Below, piece by piece: positions 1-11,000 of a stretch of 64,000 bases of DNA. The DNA comes from Trichoplax adhaerens (lineage: Eukaryota; Animalia; Placozoa): positions 2,596,180-2,660,179 of the forward strand of contig NW_002060948.1 of the NCBI RefSeq assembly GCF_000150275.1, written 5' to 3'. Both the position numbers and the translations under genes were made by a program. Under the pieces are notes generated by a model. It ran no database searches and had not been told where the DNA came from. It saw only the letters and a program-made list of their open reading frames with translations. How positions within the stretch are numbered: position 1 is the first letter of the stretch; each line of letters starts with the position of its first letter.

Positions 1-78
1 TATTCGTATAGAGCCATATCACGAATAAAAAGTTATCTCATCTAAAATTGATGTATAAAAGATACATAAATTACTAAC

Positions 79-909
79 ACTATTAAAATATAAAGGATCC
101 GGCTGTATAACAGGCTGATCACGGTAATCACTTTGCCATACGCGACTCTGCAAGGAAAGGATAAAAGAATAGATTAATGAATTTCTTGGCTAAAAGCAGT
201 TTTTTTATTTAATATTACATCCAATAACAATGTCTAAATGTGAGCAACCCATTCTTTCTACTTCATCGATTTAAGCTACTACAGTGTATGATGACGTATT
301 TTTATCCATTTTAGGAGGAAATCTGCCTAACTTATGATCTGGTCGGTATTGTGCACCTGATTGAATGTTTGCATAACTTTTCTGTATCCTATTTTGTGTT
401 AATACTCGTCTTGATACTAACGATCGGTGTACCCGTTCTACGAACAATTTCAACTAGGTATTATTTGTAACACAGCCGTTAGGACTGTATACGAAAGGAT
501 GAACGCCATTGGTAGTGTAGTATTGCTTAGTACCATTTTACTTCTACTTATTCATACGGTGTAGTTATCATAAAGTTTGTGTAGCTATCTAGACTATCGA
601 TGATCGTCAGTATAGTTATTGCAGTATGGTCATGGATTTTATTCCATTTATGTTACAAGTCATCCATGAACAGTAATAGTGAACTTGAGGAAATGCTAGT
701 AAAAGATACAATTTAAAAAGATCAACCTCTAATTGTCGAATAACTGATGCATTGTAATCAATGGTTCTTCTTTGGACGGCTTTTCGCATTCTTTTACCAT
801 CAAAGACCAAAGCACTTTGAGCCATTGGCCTGGTATAAAAACGTTGTCGATATAATGTTGGTTGTTGAGCATTTTGACCTTGTACTGGGCCTTGGTTGCT
901 ATTGGCCAT
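79..909 (-). CDS. WDR33: pre-mRNA 3'-end processing protein WDR33 (first two coding exons; gene continues off the left edge)
   Basis: Exon 1 at 909-727 (MANSNQ...[28 protein letters not shown] donor) and exon 2 at 147-79 ([23 protein letters not shown]) splice in phase 0. The sequence matches the WDR33/Pfs2 N-terminus ([23 protein letters not shown]). Confidence 0.93.
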
Positions 910-1194
910 GCTGTTCCCCAACTACGATTTCCCTAATCAATTCTCAAGTGATGTCCTGTAGACTGATAGCTGCGTCTACCAACAACAGCACTGCTACAAT
1001 AGATAGTAGATTGCTTGACTTGAAAGCAATACCAATTAGTGATAAGAATCCCTTTAACAGCTGTAATTATAAATCAAAATCAATGGAGAAATTGCAGTCA
1101 ACGCTGGACGATTTATTAGTCTTGATGAGCTCCAAACGAACGCCACCATTGCACTGTCCGCTTGCAGTCTGCGTGGTCACTGCAATCCACTCCA

Positions 1195-1400
1195 GTCTAG
1201 TTCAGTAGGCTGCAGTACCGTGCTGAACTGATAGGATACAGTATGTGCAGTACTACATACCGCATACACTACCCCAACTCCTCTACACTCGTCTACAGTC
1301 CAGTAGTAGAGTGTACAGTCTACAGACTACAGTACAGACGTCTCTTCTGCCCACTTTATACTGTACTATACGACAGCAAACTGGTTGAGAATGTACAAAG
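1195..1400. promoter_or_regulatory. TACWG-rich island upstream of WDR33 (probable promoter region)
   Basis: Dense TACAG/TACTG/CTACA words in a locally GC-richer tract about 290-490 bp upstream of the WDR33 ATG. Function is inferred from position only. Confidence 0.5.
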
Positions 1401-2391
1401 GGATTGAAAAGTTGATCCTCAACAATTCCAAATCATGCCAATGGACGCCGTGGAAAGCTCGACTTTTTTGCAACCTTGTGCATGCTAAATTAGCCTAGTG
1501 TACACTGTAGTGGCTCTATAGAGGTTTCTTCTTCCCTCTATGAGTGGCTCAAACAAAACGGTACTTTAACTACTACAGTAAAAGTCATCGATCGCTAGAC
1601 AAGTCATGAGATTACAGTCGAGGATCCACGGGAAATACCACCTCATCCAAGTGGGATCCAAACCCAAAAAATAAGAATTCTATTGCTTTTCACGTGAGAA
1701 CTCCAGCAAGAAGGCATGTAGAAAGCCAACTGGAATAGTAGTAGTGGTAGTAGTAGTCAATCAAGGCGCTACTATAGTGTCGTGATATACTGTAGATAGT
1801 AATATTCACAGTATGCTGTTTCACAACTTGAAATATACTTGAAACTACTCCAACGATGTTGTAAATGAACGCGCATAGGGTTGCTAACCATCATGAATGA
1901 ATCCATTAATTCATTCTTAATCAACGTATCATGCATGAATCATGATAGACTGTAGCATTCGAACAAATACCGGTACAGGTGCTACCGGCGACTACTTAAC
2001 CCTATTTACAATGCTAATTATACTGGCAATTTGTCCACTACAAGTTGTCTCCAGCATGGACTACTCGAATCCTAGTAATTCATGCAGAAATCACTACAGT
2101 AATTCTCATTCCTTTGCAACGCTGATCTACTGTCTCGTGCAGTGTAGAATATATTGAAATTACTCTGTATGCAACACAGTATAGTATGTTGTGGACTTTT
2201 TGAAATTCATACAGTACCGTGTTGGCCATTTCTACGACTACTATACCACGCAAACTACTAATCAAACCTAATACTGCACTATATATCTGCATTCCACGCC
2301 ATTTTCGATCATCGTGTCGAGATTGAGGATTGAACTTTTACTGATTGTAGGCTATATAATCATCGCGCTTAAGTAGTACTTTAAAAGGAAA

Positions 2392-2643
2392 ATCCATTTC
2401 AATTTGGTTGCAATCCTTTCCAATTTGGTTGCAATCCCTTCCAATTTGGCTGCAATCCCTTCCAATTTGGCTGCAATCCCTTCCAATTTGGTTGTAATCC
2501 TTTCCAATTTGGTTGCAATCTTTTCCAATTTGGCTGCAATCCCTTCCAATTTGGTTGCAATCCCCTCCAATTTGGTTGCTATCCCTTCTAATTAGGTTAC
2601 AATCCCTTCCAATTTGGCTGCCATCCTTTTCGATTTGGTTGTA
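2392..2643. repeat. 21-bp minisatellite, 12 copies (consensus ATCCCTTCCAATTTGGTTGCA)
   Basis: Units counted directly at 2392, 2413, 2434 ... 2623. The array ends 32 bp before the LSG1 ATG. Confidence 0.97.
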
Positions 2644-2675
2644 AACTATTTTAACAATCGTATTAACGATTTGAA

Positions 2676-5600
2676 ATGGGTAAAAAGAATAGAAACAACT
2701 TGGGTAGGAGCATACAAAAGGATCGATTCGCCAAGAAGAACCAAATGATCGGTCCAGGAGACGAATGGGTGGGTAATAATCATTTTGGATGATGTTATTA
2801 ATTGCACTGGATGTATCGTTACGGTAACCAGCATTCCGAGATTTTGATCATCAGGCTAATGCTACCTATCCCCAATGGACATTAAATTAGCAGTATGTAG
2901 ATGTGACCCTGCTTGCATGCAGTTGTGAATTAGAGAATTAAATAGATGTAACATGAATCGATGATACAGCAGTCCTAAAATGATAAACTTAGTTAGATAG
3001 GCAGATACTGTCATTACCAATACGTACAGTATATGTTCATATACGCGTATATTCAGTACGTATATTTAATTCAATATGCTCAAGATTGCAATATCTACCC
3101 TTGATCCTGTCTTGAAAATGATGTAGATATAATAATATTCGTATACAGAAGGTCAATAGCTGAATATTTTTAGGCAGAGACTGTAATTAAGAATACGTAT
3201 ATATTAATAATTGAATATACGCGTATATACAGTACGTATATTTAATCCAATATGCTCAAGATTGCAATATTTACTCTTGATCTTGTCTTAAAAATGATTT
3301 AGATACAATAATATTCGTGTACAGTAGGTCAATAGCTAAATATTTTCCATCATATCATGCTTTTTTAGCTGCATTCTAGTCAAATCGACGATGATTCTGA
3401 TTGGGCAAGGCTAAATTTACATTCCGTAACGGAGCAAAGCTCTTTAGATGATTTCTTAGCCACGGCACAATTAGCCGGTACAGAATTTGCTGCAGGTAAG
3501 CTACCATGCAACACCGATAGCCTACAAGCTAGTAACTTCCATACGCGTACCAGTAAATTTAAATTTGCTTCAACCGTTCATTAATCATTGTCTATAGTAT
3601 TACCAATATAACATCTAATAATTCAATTTTTGAAATAATCTATAACGCCGGTCATTGATTCTACCCTTGATATCTGAAATGTCTATCTCAGGAGTGTAAT
3701 ACTAATCTAGTTTGGGTTATTTAATTGTGTAGAAAAATTAAATATTAAGGTCATAGACTCAGAATATGGCGAGACAACAGCTGGAGAAGATGAAAATCAA
3801 GCTAGAATTGCTGCCGAGGAAGAAAATAAAAAATTTCTGAGAATTCCTAGGAGGTCAAAACAAAATTCTTCATTACATTGAATTGATAGTACTGCGTCTG
3901 TATTGCAGACGATATATTGCCTACGAGTATACGATATACATATAGCAAGCGTGAGATTACGAAATAGTGAATGAAAATTATTTGCAATACAGTCTTGAAT
4001 TGCCTTCTTGACATACGTAGGCCCGCTTGGACCACTGATATGTCCGCGGACGAGTTACAATCAAAAGAACGAGATTACTTTTTAACGTGGCGGAAACAAT
4101 TATCTGAGTAAGTGAATATACAAAATCAACATGTAGCTATAGTATTGATTAATTGATATATTACACTACATTTACTTTTGCAGAGTGCAAGAAAATAATC
4201 AACTAATCATGACGCCATTTGAGAAAAATCTAGAATTGTGGAGACAACTATGGCGTGTCATCGAAAGAAGCCATATTATCGTACAAATTGTTGACGCAAG
4301 AAATCCTTTATTATTCCGTTGTGAAGATTTGGTATGTACGAGCGTATTACTACAATGTAGCATGCAGCATATACTGCAAATATATAATGTAAATGCAATA
4401 AGATGATACCGCTGTAATATATCATCAAGCAACTTGTATCTAACTATATTGTAACACTCATTAATCTATTACAGGAAGCATATGTTAAGGAAGTTGATAA
4501 TAGAAAAATTAATCTACTATTATTAAGCAAAGCTGATTTATTAACATCTGCACAACGGTAATTGACCTACTTGCTAGACGCCTAGGACTACCATGCACAA
4601 TTTCCATTTCTATTACTTAATTGTTGCCCTTATGCTTCATTATGACAACTGTAAATGATTCTTGATGTATAGATTATCTTGGGCAAAATATCTAAAAAGT
4701 ATTCAGGTCAACTTCGCTTTTTGGTCTGCTAACATGGAGCTAGAAGCCGATATCAAGGTTTACTACCTAGAATAGCGTATAGCGTGTATTCTTTTATTAA
4801 TCTATAGCGTTGCCAAATAAATACTATTTTAATTTTAATATCCTGTATAGAATGATGCCGATAGTACCAGTGATGATAATGAAGATGAAATTAATTCACG
4901 GGAAGAGGATAACTCTTCTTCGGCGAGTGATGAAGAAGCCGCAAATGAATCACGAAATCAAAATATTGCTTTAGAAAACGATATAAAGAATGAATCATGG
5001 ATCCCTTCAGAAGACGGTGAACCTAGTCAACATCAGGAATCTGAAGACATCAAAATACTAAATGGAGAAGAAATAATAACACTTTTTAAAACACTGCATG
5101 GCACTATAAATAACACAGAAGATGAAGATACTGAAGCTAAAGCAGTTACTATTGGATTAGTATGTTGAGTGTATTTCATTTATCGTCATAATACATCACC
5201 TGTTGATAAATCAAAAAAATTTGTTGACCTTGTTACGATAACACTATTAGGTTGGCTATCCTAATGTCGGTAAAAGCTCAACTATTAATGCATTATTTCA
5301 CAGCAAGAAAGTATCTGTATCTGCTACACCTGGTAAAACGAAACATTTTCAGGTACTTATTTGTTACCAATCATTTGTTATAGAGGAATACTAATCGTAT
5401 TTTGTAAAAATTCGTGTAAGCTTTTATCAAGTAGTTAAAAAAGTTGTTATATACTCTTTTAAAAATATTAGACGCTACATCTTGATAAGGATCTATGCTT
5501 ATGTGACTGTCCTGGGCTAGTTTTCCCATCCTTTGTCTCAACGAAGGCTGAAATGATAACTTGCGGTATACTTCCCATAGATCAAATGAGAGACTGGCTA

Positions 5601-6809
5601 TCACCTGTTGCATTAATATCCTTTTAATTCATCTTGCTAATAAACTGTGGCTTTATAAATCTAAGTAAGACATTTCAATCAGTACCATCTACAGTATTTA
5701 TTTTATCATAGTCTACCTTGACAACTGATTGTACGTATGCGAAAGGATACCGCGTATGATATTGGAATCGGTGTACGGAATCAGCTTACCAGCACCAGGT
5801 GAAGGAGAAAATGCGATGCGGCCTCCTACACCCCACGAGTTATTAACTGCTTATGGATGTATGATATCAAAAATGTCTTTATAATTAATTTTACGCTCTC
5901 ATTATTGATAATTTTTTGTAATATTATTTTCATGTTGATCAAAAGTTATTAGAGGTTTTATGACAGTTCACGGTGAAGCTGATGTAGCCAGATCTTCTCG
6001 CTATATTCTAAAAGATTTCGTTAACGTAAGTAGATACTATTTTGTTGTCGCTCCATAGCTAAATTCAGGGTCTATTAAAACAACTTTATTAGCCCTGGCT
6101 GAATCTATTTCCCAATTGTATGAGAGCTAAATTCTACAATTATTTGGCCAACTTTTACACCCATCACATCGTAAAGGCGTTATCTGAGCTCATGTAACTA
6201 CTGTATTATCACCTTAGGGTAAATTGCGATATTGTTGTCCTCCCCCCGAAGTTAATCCGGTACTATTTCAAGATCAGTTCAACGAGTACAAAATTAGAAA
6301 AATAAAATTTGAACAAAAATTAATGGAAAAAATGCACGGTAAAAAGGTTTGTATATTACTGCTTTATATCAACATTATCATGTTGCAAATAAGGGTATGC
6401 GTACCTTTTCACGTGCAATTTAAGAATAGTTAACAATAGCAGCCTCTTGACTTCTTTCTTATAGGATAATATCGATGAAGACTTTTTTGCTGAGGTATTG
6501 AATAAAATAAGATTCAAAATATGAAATTCATACCCTACGAACGATACGATTTTATATTTAATATGGCATATTCATGTATATAGCTTAAAACAACTTTTTT
6601 ATCCATTAATTGGGCTTCTTTTCGGCGAATTATAGAAATTAAGTAAAGTTCACCTGAAAGGAAGAGTAGTTCCAGCCTCCGGTATGAAATTATCAAATAT
6701 TGCTGATAGTGAAATTGAAGGTCAGATGAATAAAACTAGCAAGAAGCCTTGGAAACGCCATTTTAATAAACACAAGAAAGAGAAACTGCGACGTATTTAC
6801 GATAAATAA
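2676..6809 (+). CDS. LSG1: Large subunit GTPase 1 homolog (circularly permuted GTPase, 60S export), ~15 exons
   Basis: Exons read [13 protein letters not shown]...W | [42 protein letters not shown]; [40 protein letters not shown]; G1 [12 protein letters not shown]; TPGKTKHFQ; G3 [10 protein letters not shown]; C-terminus [22 protein letters not shown] with stop at 6807-6809. Confidence 0.96.
3039..3346. repeat. Direct duplication of ~132 bp (3039-3170 and 3215-3346; 176-bp period) in LSG1 intron 1
   Basis: Both copies read ATATACGCGTATAT...AATATGCTCAAGATTGCAATAT...AGGTCAATAGCT, with scattered substitutions. Confidence 0.9.
5616..5734 (+). other. U12-type (minor spliceosome) AT-AC intron in LSG1
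   Basis: 5' end ATATCCTTTT, branch-like TACCTTGAC at 5714-5722, 3' end ...GTAC. Removing it gives in-frame [12 protein letters not shown]|[16 protein letters not shown], colinear with LSG1. Confidence 0.92.
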
Positions 6810-8046
6810 GTAAATTTTCTGATTGAACTGTAAATTCTCAGATTAAAATGTAAAATGTCTTTCTATCACGAATAATAAATGTTATCATAAGTTTCACATA
6901 CGTGAAGTACGCAGTCCAATTTATGTCTAAACATTACCATAAGTCAGGTAAGATCCAAATGGTATCAACTATTATAGCCCAAATTAACTGAAGTAATAAA
7001 CCTCTTAAAATATGTGCATAACGCTATTCTGATCATATGCTTAATTTATATTACTATATCAATCTCAACAACTTGTACGCATCAATACATGCAATCTTCC
7101 GCCATGATTTCCATCAATTAGCTGATGATTGCGCCATAACGGCGAAAAGTCAAAGAATAAAATCTTAGATTGATAAAAAATCCTCCATTAAATGCAAGTA
7201 GGAGTATTTGCAGATTGTATCCATATACGAGTATACGTATTGCTGTACTATGTACTGTACAGTAGTACATACATTTTAGTTTAGGTTTTTATTCCATTTT
7301 CTTAAATTCAAAAATGTATACTCAGATTACTTTATTAAAAAGATCAAAATTTTTGAAGGCTTAATTGTTAGGAAGCAATGTTAACATGATCAATGCAAAA
7401 GACACCTTATCAAAATTTCGTATTAATATCAATCGCAGTGCTAACAAACAGTGTGCAAATAATTCGAAACTGACTAATACCTATACCGTCGCATTTCTTG
7501 GAAATGATACTCAAAAAGTTTTGTAAATAAAAATTAGGTTGCATTATATAATAATTTGACTAAATATGAAAAAGTTATGCAATACAGTATCACTAGATTA
7601 ATTTAATACTTGATATTTCATACGACAATATTATGATATGTATAAGGACCGTTACTATAGATTAATTGTATGTTAACGAATATTTCATCGCAACTTGGGT
7701 CTAGTCATTCAATTCTATAAAAAGATATGATGAAAATATGACCAATTCTATAAACAAGAGCTTAAAGCGCGAAAGAAAGAACGTAATTTTGCATATTTTC
7801 ACCTTAGTGAATATTGCCATGTATACATACATTTTCAAGCATATGCGTGTATGTATTTTATATATATTCTAAATTCACTTCAGCTTTTACATTAAAATAG
7901 TTTCATCATTCTCGAATCGAGTGTCGTACCAAGGTTAGATTTACAATGAGTTATTACAGCACATTTTGCATATCAAAATGATTGCCAAAACAAACTTTTA
8001 TCATACAAGTAACATCTTCAACGATAATCGGATCTCTGAAAGAAGG

Positions 8047-11000
8047 CTATGTTTGTCTAAAGCGTTTGCTATGAATATACTTTTGAATGCGTTGCTTCAA
8101 TTCTGGAACTAAGAAATGATCGAAAAGTTAAAAATAGGATACAAATAATAGCTATATTACAGTTAAACCGTACCAGGCTTTAACATTTCTACAGTCAGTG
8201 ACTGTCGATTAAATGGATCCGTTGACGAGTTCAGTAAATGTCTATAAATTATGGAGCGGTCCATAATAACCCCACTAGGAAGTTCAACAGGTTCGGTCAT
8301 TATGGTATCCATTAATGGATCTAATAACAGAAAACTAGCTTTATAGGGTGATAACGAGTCTGCACAACACAAGCTATGACTTACTATAACTTATCGTGAA
8401 GACAAACATCAAAAGCTTCAACATTACGAATATTACCTTTAAATTCATCGGGAGCATCATCTAAATCAAGTTCCATGACGGCATAGCTAGCATGCTCTTC
8501 TGCAACCCTCTCCGCAAAGCATTCAAACAATTCTATCGAGGTCTGTTAATGTTATGCGTATAATAAGCAATCAATCTTACGCAGAGTAGACTGTTTAGCT
8601 TTCCTAAAAATTTTTACTCACAGGAGGTTTTATGTTATTTTTTCTTAAGCAGCGACTGACGTCGTTAAATAATTCCCTACTATAGGATCTCTGGAAACAT
8701 AAATGATAATAATTATTGTTTACATAACGACAGTTTATAATACGTCGCCTTTAGTAAATGAGAAAACCTTAGATTTTACCTGATCTGAAGCAACTGATTT
8801 TATAAAGATATCGTCATCCAAATGCAAATAGATATCAGTCAACTGATCTAGCAGGGCTTTCGGCTGAAAGTTATACTTTTCAGGACTACGCACCTGCATT
8901 AAAAAAAATAACTCTAACTATCTATATTCAACATCGAACTAAGCTGTAATCATTCCATCCATGATTAAAAATCCAATAATTCAAGTTATTAGCAACAGAA
9001 CTAAAATACAGTAACTATACCTTCAAGTGACGACACTTAGGTCCACAAAGTTGCCGTAAATTAAAATTTAACATAACGGCTAGTCTGTCACGAATTTCCT
9101 AAAAAGTTAATTATAAGTTAGCATAACATACTAGCATTAATAATTTTAAACTTTTAACTAGCTATTTATGTCATAAAATTTACCTCTCGTATGAAAACTG
9201 CTTTGACTTGACCTGTTAGGTAATGAAATAACGATACTGTTTCGTTAGCAAGCATTAGATATGAGCGGCATTGACGCTCATTCATCGCTAAATTTTGCTG
9301 TCGCTGTTGCTGACTCTCCTACATAGAAAAAATAGTTCTATCTAACGTTGTTTCTTATATTACAGAATGTAACAATGCTAATATGCCTACTGTACCGATG
9401 ATAGCTTTCCCCACGCAACTGTATCTTCCATTTGTTCTTGTGCATTGTGTATACTTTTCAACGTGTCCAAGGATTCATCAAGTAGAAAGGTAGTATCATT
9501 AATTAGCATATTAATAAATTGGATAAAATAGCCCTGAGATCTGTAATAGTAAAATACAATGCAACCAATATTTAAGATTATGTATATTCGCGATAAAGTA
9601 ACATTCAATAATATATAACACCGATAAACATACATCCTATCTGAAAAAGAAGATTCTTGGTGTTTTATGTCCGACCACAGACATTTCAGAATTACAGAAA
9701 TATGATATCTAATACTAAATTTATCATAGAATTCATTGGAACCACCGGTAGATTCCACATCTATATAAGTAAAATAAATCGGATTCATCAGGAATCAGAT
9801 TATTTGCATAAGAATAGTAAAAGAAATACCACTTAATATCTTACCTATATAAAATTTCATTAAAGCCGAAGGTAAATAGGTAGAAAAAGGATTACTCCTG
9901 ATCTCATCAAATATTCTGCGGGTAGAACCCTGAACAGCTGGACTAGCAGCAAATATCACCTAACAATCAGAGCTATAATTAGTTAAAACTATCACTAAAT
10001 TCTACAAAGAAATGCTCATTTAATATTTTTAATCGAAGCGAACGCAATACCTCTACAAGCTTTGCGACCAAATAAGGATTAATAATATAATGAGAAGTAC
10101 AAATAAAAACCACTAGTAATTCAGCAATATCCGGAAGGCTAGGATCGGACGAAATCCCACATGGGCAGTGTCTAAGTAAAAGAAATAAATTAGAGACGCG
10201 AACGTTATTTGATTTTGTAACTTATCAAAAATAATGAAATGGTACAGAAAGATGACATAAAGTAGAATACATACTGCAAATAGAACAATAGAAAATCAAC
10301 AGTATCTTCAATAAAATATTCAGGTAATGCTCCAAAAACAATCGGGCAATTATTCGGTAAAGGAAGAATCACCCTATAGTAAAACAATAAATTTCGGTAA
10401 GCTAGATAGAATCGTTTTAAAAGGCTGCGTTAAAAATTACATACCCCTTTGTTTTATCAACTGCTACTAAGGACGTAAGCCATCGCGCAACCATACCACA
10501 CAGCTGCATACTCTTGCTTAACACGCTGTCATCATTCAAGGCTATAGTGCTACAAACCTTCATTTGCTTCAAGTGCTATTATACATTACAATGCTTCCGT
10601 TATTAAAATAAAATCAAAGCATGACAGTAATTATTATGGTAAATGTAGCATTAGTTATCTTTCAACCTTGATTTGATCCTTCCATTTTTTTATAGCCGCT
10701 TTATTCCTCGCGGCTATAGGTAAATTCTTCCATGTACTTTCTTGTGTCTGTAATTCATCAAGCATACGGCTCATATCACGAAGAATTCTCCCTCTGCGCA
10801 GGCACTTTCTACAGCATGGTAGCAATGAAATATGAAAAGCATGTATCGCCATGAAGAAACATTCTGTATTAAAGTTAGGTTCCCTCCTTAATGATTCTTC
10901 AGCTGTAACAAGAACGTAAATAAAAACGAAAATTATATTTTTTACAAATAGCTTTAACACAGGGTGGTAATCTTGAATTGTCAAGATATAATCATGTAGC

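Noticed and set aside
747-1208. 153-aa + strand ORF
   Set aside because: It is antisense to WDR33 exon 1 and its promoter and has no recognisable motif, so it is a shadow ORF.
2352-2595. ORFs with heptad repeats (LEGIAAK on -, AIPSNLV on +) resembling a coiled-coil protein
   Set aside because: These are translations of the 21-bp minisatellite. They have non-ATG starts, repeat copy 10 introduces stops in both frames, and there is no splice context.
3118-3165. Possible C/D-box snoRNA in LSG1 intron 1 (ATGATG...CTGA)
   Set aside because: The boxes span under 50 nt, the C box is imperfect, there is no clear terminal stem, and both boxes are lost in the duplicate copy.
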